Shown here one piece after another: positions 1-13,169 of a stretch of 64,000 nucleotides of DNA. The translations under genes were made by a program, and so were the position numbers. The notes under the pieces are model-generated. The model was not told the origin of the DNA, did not search any database, and worked only from the letters and a program-made list of their open reading frames with translations. This DNA is from Podarcis filfolensis (lineage: Eukaryota): assembly GCA_964270895.1 (NCBI GenBank), contig OZ185450.1; one strand, written 5' to 3'. Numbering within the stretch: position 1 is the first letter of the stretch; each line of letters begins with the position of its first letter.

Positions 1-381
1 ACCAGTCTGTTTGCTGTTTTTGGCACCACCCACCCCTACTAAATTGTGTGCTACATTAAATGTGAATCTGTATGAAACTTACAGGTTTTAAAAAATGGAG
101 TGTGAGAATAATGCAGTTGCTAAGATTGCAGCAGGTGTGGAAGAATGTAAACCTTCCCCGATGCGGTCTTATGGAAGGTGCTATTTGCTTCAGGAGGAAA
201 TATCTTTCGCCTGTAGGGGTGGCAGTCTTGTTTAAGGGTGGTGGGGTGGATAGGGGAGAGTGAGAATGCAAGCTGGCTTTTCTTTGTCTCTCCTTGAAGT
301 CAGACTCTTCCTCACCCTTCCTTTGAACACATCCTATTTCCATTGCCTCCTGCCCAGCCTCACCACTGACTCTTTCCCCAG

Positions 382-456
382 GGCATACAACTCAGCAGAT
401 TATGACTACCTGCCAGTTTCCCTGGAGATCAAGGAGCTTTTCCAGTACATCCGGAG
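382..456 (+). CDS. IFT46: IFT46 coding exon (AYNSADYDYLPVSLEIKELFQYIR)
   Basis: cccag| acceptor, |gtgag donor. Confidence 0.93.
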
Positions 457-2437
457 GTGAGCGGTAATGTGGATCTTGGCCGCATTGTGGGCAGGCGTGT
501 CTCTTTTCAGGCTTCTGCTCATGGTGTCTGCTCCTCAGGTATTCTTCACAAATGATTGACCTGGAGCACAAGCTGAAACCTTTCATTCCAGACTTCATTC
601 CAGCTGTTGGGGACATTGATGCCTTCTTAAAGGTACTGCATTCATTCTGACACTCCTTTACATGCAGCACTGGCTGAGAACTGCCACGCAGGTCTCTTTC
701 CCTGCGATGTCCATAGAGAACTGTCGCCTCTCTATGGAGGTGCAACAGGGCAGCACTGTCATTGCTTTGTCTCCATACCCACAGTCAACAGTGCTGAAAG
801 ATTAGCTGCTTTGCAGAATCCTTGTAGATAAGTGGGAATAATTTTTGTTGCCCTGAAGTGATGCTTATGGCTTTCCCACTGAGCATCTGCTTGGCCACTG
901 AGAGGACAAAATGATGAACTAGAGGGGCCTTTGGTGTGACAGGGCAGTAAAGGCTTCTTTCAGATCCTTGGCTTTCTCAGCAGGCAGGGCCACATTTTGT
1001 TATGGTGATTGACCATTCCCAGCAGAAACTCTCTTGACTGGTCTTATACCTGGGTGCGTACATGAAGAATAGAATAATGGGAACTCTCACGTGCAAAGGA
1101 CACCCTGGCTTGTTTCTCATAGGTTCCACGGCCTGATGGGAAGCCAGATAATCTTGGATTGCTGGTGCTGGATGAGCCATCGACCAAGCAGTCCGACCCC
1201 ACTGTTCTCTCCCTCTGGTTAACGGAAAACTCTAAGCAGCACAATGTGGCCGTAAGTGGGAGAAAGGGGGGTGAAGCGACTCCTCTTGGATGCAAGGCAG
1301 TCTTTGGCTCTGATGAGGAGGCACATTGGGGCATGTTCTGGTCTCTGTTTCTAGCAGCAGATTAAAGTGAAGAGCCTGGAGAATGCTGAGAAGAATCCCA
1401 AAGCCATTGAGAGCTGGATTGAGAGCATCAGTGAGCTGCATCGCTGCAAGCCCCCAGCTACAGTCCACTATGCTAGGTGGGCCTCTTCGAGGGAGGGATA
1501 AGGGCAAGGGCAAGGCCTGCCAGCACTCAGCCCCACCTTTGCTCTGTGCTGGGGGTGGAGGAAGAAAGCCACTCTGCAAATGCACCCTCTGTGTGGAGGA
1601 ACCATGGCCATTTCAAGCTGCTCCCTGGTATTTCTTCCTTGTAGGCCCATGCCTGATATAGACACGCTGATGCAGGAGTGGTCCCCTGAGTTTGAAGAAC
1701 TGCTGGGAAAGGTAGTGTCTGCCAACTGTCCCCCCTCTCCAACTTCTAGTTTTGGCAGGAGGGAGAAGTTTGTGGGCCTCTAAAGAGATTCATGCAGAGA
1801 AAGAGAGTACTGAGCTGACCTTTCCCTCTCTGCTTTTCAGGTGAGCCTTCCCACTGCAGATATTAACTGCAGCCTGGCAGAATACACAGACATGATATGT
1901 GGTGAGTGTCCTTTTGCTGATGTGGTGCTCACCTATACCAATCCTTTTAGGGGTAGAGATCTGCTCCAGTCGGTGTCGGAATTGGCCTCTTCTCAAAATG
2001 CCCCTCAGCTATGCACCACCCAGCAAAAGTCTCCTTGCTTGTTGGAATCAGACTAAATAGCCATTATTTTTTCTCTTCAGCTATTCTGGACATTCCTGTC
2101 TACAAGGGCCATATCCAGTCCCTGCACACCCTTTTCTCTCTCTACTCAGAATTCAAAAATTCACAGGTAGGAGACACAAGGATCTGAAGAGCAGCAGCTC
2201 TGGTCTGGTGTCCATATTCATGTGGGGGCACTGCTGAATGGATTGCTCCCTGAGTCTTTTCCCCAGCCTCACCTGGAGCGGTCTTGCCCTAGAGCTGCCT
2301 AAAATGATGGTGTTCTCCCTGCCCCCTTCTCTCTCCTGCAGCATTTTAAGGCTCTGGCTGAGGGCAAGAAGGTTGCAAGCCCTCCCTCCAATCCCCCCTC
2401 ACAGGCTGGCGAGACAGACATCCTGAGCTTTACCTGA
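382..2437 (+). CDS. IFT46: Intraflagellar transport protein 46, 3' part (8 coding exons: 382-456, 539-632, 1123-1251, 1355-1476, 1645-1711, 1841-1901, 2081-2166, 2342-2437); 5' exons lie upstream of the window
   Basis: Spliced translation AYNSADYDYLPVSLEIKELFQYIRRYSSQMIDLEHKLKPFIPDFIPAVGDIDAFLKVPRPDGKPDNLGLLVLDEPSTKQSDPTVLSLWLTENSKQHNV...HFKALAEGKKVASPPSNPPSQAGETDILSFT* matches vertebrate IFT46; all introns GT-AG; phases close (730 nt = 1 + 243 codons). Confidence 0.96.
539..632 (+). CDS. IFT46: IFT46 coding exon (YSSQMIDLEHKLKPFIPDFIPAVGDIDAFLK)
   Basis: ctcag| acceptor, AAG|gtact donor. Confidence 0.95.
881..960 (+). mobile_element. Degenerate CR1-family LINE 3' end fragment
   Basis: gagcatctg.ttggccactg...actaga.gggcc resembles the recalled squamate CR1 3' motif. 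Confidence 0.45.
1123..1251 (+). CDS. IFT46: IFT46 coding exon (VPRPDGKPDNLGLL...KQHNVA)
   Basis: catag| acceptor, |gtaagt donor. Confidence 0.95.
1355..1476 (+). CDS. IFT46: IFT46 coding exon (QQIKVKSLENAEKNPKAIESWIES...TVHYA)
   Basis: tag|CAGCAG tandem acceptor, AG|gtggg donor. Confidence 0.92.
1645..1711 (+). CDS. IFT46: IFT46 coding exon (PMPDIDTLMQEWSPEFEELLGK)
   Basis: gtag| acceptor, AAG|gtagt donor. Confidence 0.95.
1841..1901 (+). CDS. IFT46: IFT46 coding exon (VSLPTADINCSLAEYTDMIC)
   Basis: ttcag| acceptor, |gtgagt donor. Confidence 0.95.
2081..2166 (+). CDS. IFT46: IFT46 coding exon (ILDIPVYKGHIQSLHTLFSLYSEFKNSQ)
   Basis: ttcag| acceptor, CAG|gtagg donor. Confidence 0.95.
2342..2437 (+). 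CDS. IFT46: IFT46 last coding exon (HFKALAEGKK...ILSFT*)
   Basis: tgcag| acceptor; TGA at 2435-2437. Confidence 0.94.
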   Translation, partial: HFKALAEGKKVASPPSNPPSQAGETDILSFT

Positions 2438-2654
2438 GACACCTGCCTTCCTGCCCCAGGTGGGACCTGTTCCAGAGAAGTGCTAGCCTGTGATGCTGCA
2501 GGGCCTGAGGCCTTCTTGTTTGGGCAACTGCTATTCAGGCTTCCAATGGCCCTAATGGAGCAGTCAGGATCTGGCTCAAAGGCCCCTGACCACTCAGAAA
2601 GCCACCAGCATCTCATCTACCTTTCTTTGTACAGCTTCTGTGAGAATTTGCCTT

Positions 2655-2660
2655 ATTAAA
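2655..2660 (+). terminator. Probable IFT46 polyadenylation signal (ATTAAA)
   Basis: ATTAAA 217 nt after the stop, followed by a GT/T-rich tract. Confidence 0.65.
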
Positions 2661-3569
2661 GTTTTGCTCATAGTGCTACTTTGTCCTTGAAGGAGATTCA
2701 CAGCTGTGGAGGGTAGGCTGGGGCTGCAGCCTGAGTTGTGGATGGACCCATAACAATTTCAGAGTACTGTGGCTATTTGGGGCTCTTAGACTCTACTTAC
2801 ATGCAGGACCAGATTTATTCCTCTGTTGTAGTGTACAGGGGGTGCCCGTATAAAGGGCTCAGAATCCAAATGCAACAAGTCTTAAATGAGCAAGGAGCCT
2901 TTTCCTCCCTTAAAGTGTCATTTACCAGCTCAGACACTGGCCAGCTCAGCCCATTGAACATTGCCAAATCTGTTAGTGGTGAGCAGACACAATGTGTATT
3001 TCCTTCTGAGCCCTGCCTCTTTTGCCTGGGCTTAGGCTGTGGTTCCCTCCATTGGCTTTCTGAAGGGGAAGGACAGGGATGGCACTTTGATCACAGCCAT
3101 TTATTTGTAAAGTGCAGAAGCTACAAAGCAGCATGCTTCAGCTCAGTTGGCAGCAGCAGCAGCAGCGCCGGGGCTTGCCAGTTTCCCGGTGGCCTGGCTG
3201 GCCCCCTTCATGCCAAGGAAGAGCCATCACATGCAGATTGAGCCATCCCTGAGGTTGGGAAGAGGAAGGAGGAGTGGGCCAACCGATGGCTATAGTGGGA
3301 GGGACGTTCTTCACGGGAACACGAGTCACTTGGTGGGCCTAGAGATGTACTGCAGCTTGGGGTGGGGTGGGGGCAGCCCTTGGCAGCTGCAGGTCTTCCT
3401 TGGACCACAGTCATCAATATCCTCCTTTCAGGCACTGGGGCCTCACACATGGGATCTTGCTTTAGAGGTGCAAGGCCCCATTCCTGCAGTTCAAGCTGCC
3501 TTGGAAGTCCGCCTCCTCAGGACTTCCGCTGCTGCTCTTCACGCCTGCTGGTGGGTGCAGCAACAGCCC

Positions 3570-7161
<3,592 letters not shown>

Positions 7162-7690
7162 ACGCCTCCTTGGCCGCCGGCCGGGCAGCAGGCAGGCGCT
7201 CCGAGGAGACGACCTTGATGGGCTCCAGCTGGCAGGACGCGGGGCCCGCTGTGTTCTGGCTCCCCACACTGCGGAGCCTGCACCGTGCAGCCCGGTCCCG
7301 TCGAGGCTGCGGCTGCAATGATTGGCCGGCAAGAGCCGCCCGCCGCTCCGCCTCCTCCTCCACGTGGGCTCCTTGGCAATCCCGGTCTGGATCCTTCGCT
7401 CCGCCGTGTGCACGGGAGGCAGCGGCGGGAGCCTCACCTCCTTCTTGGCCGACGACCGCGCTTCGCAGGCGGGCGGAGGAGATTTGCTTCGTAGCAAACC
7501 CTCGAGGGCAAAATGGGCTGTCGGCGGCGAGCTTTTCCAGAGAACGGGGGAGGGGGAGGCGCCTCTGCCAGCTGCCCCCCCCCGTCCACTGGCCCCTATC
7601 CTCTCCATGACGAAGAGGTGCTCTGCCAGAACTGTCTGGCTGGCTCCTCCTTATTCCAAAGCAGTCTATTTCTATCCCTAACATTCTTGC

Positions 7691-7750
7691 GTTGTAGGGG
7701 GTTGGACTAGATGACCCTCGGGTGTCCCTTCCAACTCTACAATTCTTTGA
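7691..7750 (+). mobile_element. CR1/CR1-tailed SINE 3' terminus
   Basis: ggggttggactagatgaccctcgggtgtcccttccaactctacaattct. Confidence 0.7.
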
Positions 7751-7959
7751 CTCCTGAGCTCACCCCGCCAGGGAAAGCTTTTGCCTTCACTCCGCCTCCT
7801 TTTGAGTTCCCACAGGCATCAGGAAGGCCGCCTTTAAAACACTTGGAGTTTAAGACTGGTGATTCTGAGAAGTGATGGGGTTTATGAGTGCTTTATTAGT
7901 GTGTAAAGCAGAACTTGGCCACATGAGTGTGTTTGCGACAGGTCATCTTCTGCCATCAG

Positions 7960-8240
7960 GACCCCTAGATCTTTCCTGGTTAGTTCAGACCCCCTTAGCA
8001 TGTCTGTGAAACTTGGATTATTATTTTTTAATCCGTTGTGCATCACTAATTGCATTTGCCATTTTACTGCTCATTCACTCAATTTGGAGAGATCCCTTTG
8101 CGCAGATCTCGTGTGTTGTATTCCACACACTGGATTCCAGCTTAGTCTGAGCAGACGAAAAGGAGCATTGCATGTGTGTCTAGACTAGGTCAAGTTCCGG
8201 ATGAGACACCCATTTTATCAATTTCTACAAATGCTCTGAT
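7960..8240 (-). mobile_element. CR1 reverse-transcriptase fragment
   Basis: gcatttgccattttactgctcattcactcaatttggagagatcc is typical reverse CR1 ORF2. Confidence 0.55.
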
Positions 8241-8539
8241 GTGGCAGGAGAAAGGCAGGTGCCAATTTTTAATACGATACATATTTCTGGCCAGTCACAT
8301 GCCTGCTCCTTTCCCCCGCCACACTGCAGCACTGGTTTTCATTTAGTAGTAATGCTAAGGCAACACTATGTATATTGCTCTGTTAATTGCCATTTTAGAA
8401 TTAACAACATGCACTATTAGCAATATTAAGTATAAATTAAAAGTGAAAGTGGGTCCCATGTTGCAGCTTGGGACTCAGAGGTGGGTCTGGATCTGTTGAA
8501 CAACACTGCTTTAGAGCTCCTCCTACTCCCTGTATGGTA

Positions 8540-8670
8540 ATGTTGCGACTTGAATTGGTTTCCACCAGTTTTCCAGGAGCAGATAAACAAACAGGCTTGT
8601 AATTTCCCAGATCCCTTTTGAATCCTTTTCTAAAAGTTGGTGCTACATTGACCACGTTCCAGTCCTCAGG
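8540..8670 (-). mobile_element. CR1 ORF2 fragment
   Basis: Translates NVAPTFRKGFKRDLGNYKPVCLSAPGKLVE, resembling CR1 ANVTPIFKKG..DPGNYRPVSLTSVPGKLVE. Confidence 0.75.
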
Positions 8671-8820
8671 TAAGAAAGCTCATCTTAGGAACAAGCTACG
8701 TATTGTTTCTCAATCTGAACCATTAATACAACATAAAATTACAATGTTGTCACAGAGATCTTTATTAAGAAAGAAACAAAACTTATTACAAAGATTTTTC
8801 AGGGTGCTTAATTTGCATAG

Positions 8821-8826
8821 TTTATT
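8821..8826 (-). terminator. Candidate TTC36 poly(A) signal AATAAA (second copy at 8761-8766)
   Basis: tttatt on + strand 119 and 179 nt downstream of the stop. Confidence 0.6.
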
Positions 8827-8944
8827 CCGGACCGTAACCCGATGGAACATTGTTTTTATATTATATTTGGAGCTTGAAAGGTGGGGAGTAGCACCCCCAG
8901 CTTGCCTTTGGGAGAGAAATTGCAGGCTGAGCCCTCGTTTGTCC

Positions 8945-9243
8945 TTAGCGACACACTTTCTCCCCAGAGGAAGCCTCCAGCTGGGGCTCTTTGCTTGGGC
9001 CCCTCAGTTTCTTTATCATTTCGGAGAGCATCTGATTGCAGAGGGCTGCGTACGGATTCATCAGGACCAGCTGACGACGGGCAAAGGCACTGCCCAGTCT
9101 GGCCGCTTGCTCAAAGTCCCTATGGGCCTCTTGTTCGTGGCCTTGCAAGCGCTGGATCAGCCCTCGCTGCACAAACGCCTGGCAGGCTACACGGCCAACG
9201 CCCCTGCTAAGCTGCAGTGCCATACCCAGGTCCTCCAGGGCAC
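8945..9243 (-). CDS. TTC36: TTC36 coding exon 3 (TPR2-3, stop)
   Basis: gtcag| acceptor; ends KVCR*. Confidence 0.94.
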
Positions 9244-10913
9244 CTGACGGGTAGAGAAGAAATACATGCAAATGATGGAGGGGAACGCCATGGAACCTGC
9301 CTTGTGAATCATAGCAGAGATATTGCAGAAGGGGAAGCGGCAGCAGCTGTGCCCACACAGTGGCACCATCTTCAGCATGGACAGAGTTGAAATGGAAAGC
9401 AATTGTTTTATTAAGACTGGGGACTGTTTTCAGTGGTTTGGGTTCCACTTTAGGTAGCAGGTTCTTAGCTCAGAGCTTTGCTTCTCAGGGACCTTGTAGG
9501 GCTGGCTGTGGCATGGGGAGATGCCCTGGTAGGTGAGTTCTCAAGCAAGCAGCAGCACCACCAATATTGAGCCCAGAGAACAGCTGGTGGGAAGGTCTCT
9601 GAAAAGCCCTTGAAGAGGACAAGGGACGTGGTGTTCCCTGTCCAGGGGGTTTGCTCAGCCCTCCTTTTGCTAGGCTCAGGCTACACAGCAGACATGGTGC
9701 CTGTCCCAGGTGGAGGGCCCCCATCCTCTGTGTCAATGCAGAAATGGGGAGACAAAACAACACTGCCTTGCTCACTTACTTGCTGTGTTGCCCTTGAGGC
9801 GGAAGGCCTGGGCCCGGTTGTTGTAGGTTGCGGCTCGCTCAGGAAGCAGCTGAATGGCCTGGTCAAATCTCTCCAAGGCCTTCTGCAGGTCTCCAGCTTC
9901 GGCAGCTTCAATGCCCTGGATCTCTAGCTGAGTGGCTTGTTCCAGGAGCGCCGGGTCAAAGGTTGCTTCTGTCTCATTATGAGGAGAAGCACAGTTTTGT
10001 TAATAGCTCCGGGTCAAGGGCGGGGGGGGACGGGACAGAAGACAGCTAGACTATATAGGTATGCAACCCCCCCCCATTCTACAGCCACTGGAACTTCCAC
10101 TGGCCTCCAGTCCAGTGCTAATTACACGGCTGACTACATCACAACTGCTAAAATGCAGCAGTTCAAGAGAGCCCAGAAATTTCTCAGGGACAAGGGGACA
10201 GAAAGCCTGTGGGGAAAAGCCCACCCACCTTCTCCAGGGCAAAGTGCAATTAATTGTGGTCAGGTGACGATCAGAGGTCAGGCTGCACCACCACGGACGT
10301 GAAGCCTGCAGAAAAAGGCTGGCAAGTTTCTGAAAGCAGCCTTCCCCCACTGCAGACCAGGGGTGCCAACTTGAATAAAATATTTGGGGGCCAGGTATAA
10401 ACCCCAACCCACCATAATCAATCATAAGACATGGTGCACACACATAATTTGAATGGCAACGCCCATCAAATTTTGGGGGCCCCAGACCCCTTAAATATTT
10501 TATTGGGGGGTGTTGAAGGGATCTCGGCCCCTAGGAGTTGGCTCCTATGCTGCTGATGGTGAGGGAGAGGCCCTCTCTTCCAGGGCTATGATATGAGAGC
10601 CTTGTAAAGGTCTCCTTAATGAAAAACAGAGGGATTTGCTGCTACTCCAATTACACAGAGATGGGTAGGTGGGGCTTTCCCCTTTGCAGTCCCCCACCAT
10701 CCTTGAACCTCCACTTCTTGGCAGTTTGAAGCAGCTCTGATGCCTCCAGGAGAGACAGGAAAGTCCCTCTCCTCTGCCCCATCTCATGCAGAAGCCAAAC
10801 TCACCTTCTCCATTGAGGGTCTCCTGCTCCTCCAGCTCATTAGAGAGGTCGCCAAAAGGGGCGTTGGGGTGGAATATGCTGTGCAAAACTGCCCTGTCGT
10901 GTGCTGTTGCCAT
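8945..10913 (-). CDS. TTC36: Tetratricopeptide repeat protein 36; coding exons 10913-10805, 9968-9780, 9243-8945; 597 nt = 198 aa
   Basis: [22 protein letters not shown]...[46 protein letters not shown]...[14 protein letters not shown]...[19 protein letters not shown] matches TTC36; GT-AG; phases close; syntenic between KMT2A and TMEM25. Confidence 0.96.
9780..9968 (-). CDS. TTC36: TTC36 coding exon 2 (TPR1)
   Basis: acag| acceptor, |gtaagt donor. Confidence 0.94.
10358..10549. mobile_element. hAT-type MITE in TTC36 intron 1
   Basis: Imperfect TIRs cagggGtgccaact / agttggctcctatg; degraded 8-bp TSD ctgcagac / ctgctgat. Confidence 0.6.
10805..10913 (-). CDS. TTC36: TTC36 coding exon 1
   Basis: gccgacATGG start, AAG|gtgagt donor. 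Confidence 0.92.
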
Positions 10914-11889
10914 GTCGGCTCCTGCGGATGAGATCTTGAGTGACCTGGGGAGAGCAAGTGGGGGTGAGAGAGAGAGGGGCTGGCTTACCAAGCAGCCAAT
11001 AGCAATGGGGGAGGAGATGGGGCAATGCCCTGCTGCTGCGTCTAGGTCTAAGTGGGTGCTATTGCTGGAGCTGAAACGGAAGTTTTTTTGACCCCCAAGC
11101 ACACTCCCAGGGCTGGGGGAGGAGCAAGAAGGGCGGGAACTAACACAGTGCAGGAATAACAAAAAAGGGAGAGGGCGCACACATACCTCCAGCCAGCCCA
11201 GATGCTCTGTCCCAGAGTTCCTAGCATCACCGGTGGAACAGCAGGGCTGGAGAAAAGTCGACCCAGCCGCTTTCCCTGCTGCAGTAAAGACCAAATTTTC
11301 CTAACAGGCTTGGGGGGATTTCTGTAGCTAATCCGGATTACATTTGCTACTGTTTTGAGTCCCACGTTTTACTATGCTGTGTTAGGAGCAGTTCAAACCA
11401 TGAATCTGCTAGACCGGAAGGGGCTAGGATGCAGTGCAACTGCCCTCCACAGCAGAGGGGAGCCCATGCTGCTGGGAATCTGCTGCTGCCAGAAGTTCAT
11501 CTGTCCACTAATGGGCAGCTTGGTGGATGAAGGTCAGGCCTGCCACTGATCTGCCTGGCAAAAAAGGGGCATGTTAGAGGGAGGCCAGCTGGCTGCCATA
11601 TATATGTAACCCCTGCTCAAGGCTGCAACTACGCCTGTATGCTATGCCTGCCAAAGGGGCAGTGCACAGGGACATGTCCCATGGGAAACAATGGGCTCAA
11701 ACTGATCTGGGAAAATCAGCTCCCTGCCCCACTCACCGGCTACCCTTACGGTGGCATGAGAGCGCTCTCCAGATGTGGAACCATGCAGGTGATCAGTGCT
11801 TGGCAGGATATAAACCACACCTGTGCCAGCCACAATTATTGTTTCTCTTGTGCAGTGACACTATGCCAGCTGCACTTCTCTTGTGGGGA

Positions 11890-12490
11890 CTTTTGAGCTT
11901 GGGATGCATTCCTTGAAATGCTACTCTTGCCATGCACAAGGCCAGGTAAAAGAGCGAGCAGTCTCAACGCATGTATGAGACAGTGGTGTCAGGAGGCAGG
12001 GCATGGATTTGCAAGATGCCAAGGGACACGGGTGGCACTGTGGTCTAAACCACAGAGCCTAGGGCTTGCCGATCAGAAGGTTGGCAGTTCGAATCCCCGT
12101 GACGGGGTGAGCTCCCGTTGTTCAGTCCCAGCTCCTGTCCACCTAGCAGTTCAAAAGCACGTCAAGTGCAAGTAGATAAATAGGTACCGCTCTGGCGGGA
12201 AGGTAAATGGCGTTTCTGTGCGCTGCTCTGGTTCGCCAGAAGCGGCTTACTCATGCTGGCCACATGACCTAGAAGCTGTCTGCAGACAAACGGGCTCCCT
12301 CAGCCTATAAAGCGAGATGAGCGTGCAACCCCCGAGTCGTCCATGACTGGACCCAACTGTCAGGGGTACCTTTACCTTTATGGGACTTTTGGGGACAAGC
12401 TGGACCAATGCAAAAGGGATGGGCTCCACCTGAACCAGTTTGCTGGCACCTAAAATGAAAAGGGTGCAGAGCAGCTTTTAAACTCCTAGT
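11890..12490 (+). mobile_element. CR1 ORF1 esterase-domain relic, split by a SINE
   Basis: Left part FLEMLLLPCTRPGKRASSLNACMRQWCQEAGHGFARC; right part ...DKLDQCKRDGLHLNQ...KGAEQLLN (DGLHL motif). Confidence 0.7.
12023..12380 (+). mobile_element. Sauria SINE (Squam1 type), full length
   Basis: gggacacgggtggcactgtgg head, B-box ggcagttcgaatccc, body, (accttt)n tail. Confidence 0.92.
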
Positions 12491-12604
12491 CAATGATGGC
12501 TGTGTACTACTTCCAGTATCGGAAGCAGCCTGCCTCTGCACATCAGTTTCTGTGTACCAATGGGATACCCTTTACACTTGGATCTTCACTGTGGGCTTCC
12601 CTTT

Positions 12605-12690
12605 GGGGCATCTGCTCAGCCTCTGTGAGAAGAGGATGCTGGACTAGATGGGCCTTTATTTGGATTCAGCAGTATTGTTTTTATGAGGCA
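12605..12690 (+). mobile_element. CR1 3' end fragment
   Basis: ggcatctg...ctgtgagaagaggatgctggactagatgggcc. Confidence 0.6.
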
Positions 12691-12782
12691 TCTCTTTCCC
12701 CACAAGGTTTCCCTTTTGCTTCTGGACAAGGAAGTGTGTTAAGACTGTTGCAGCACTTTCACCTTGCAGAATATCAGATATA

Positions 12783-12988
12783 CAGTCGTCCTCCGAAGTC
12801 GAACAGAATCCATTCCGGAAGACCATTCGACTTCCAAAATGTTTAGGAACCAAGGCACAGCTTCTGATTGGCTGCAGGACGTTCGGGTTCCAAAGAACGT
12901 TTCCAAACCGGAACAATCATTTCCAGGTTTGCGGTGTTCAGGAGCCAAAACATTCATCTTGAAAGGCGTTCAAGTTCAAGTATGACTG
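12783..12988. mobile_element. Tc1/mariner (Tigger-like) MITE
   Basis: TA|CAGTCGTCCTC ... CAAGTATGACTG|TA: TA TSD and imperfect TIRs. Confidence 0.8.
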
Positions 12989-13169
12989 TATTGCAACAAG
13001 GAAAGAATCCCAAGAGGTGAAGTAAATGGTCTTACCTTGTGTTTGTATGGTGCAGCCTAGAAGAAGTGGGTTCTTTTTTATTGTTTCTTGAGAGCTATAT
13101 ACAAACTAGCCCCCCTCCCCTGCTGAAAACCTCCACAGCCTTGATCAATAAATGAAAGCACCATCCTCT

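Noticed and set aside
10545-11294. 249-aa ORF containing TTC36 exon 1
   Set aside because: Only 10913-10805 is homologous; flanks are intron or upstream sequence read through by chance
11590-11885. Possible solo LTR (starts TGTAAC, TATA-like ggatataaa)
   Set aside because: No matching terminal CA with TSD and no second copy; cannot be supported without a repeat library
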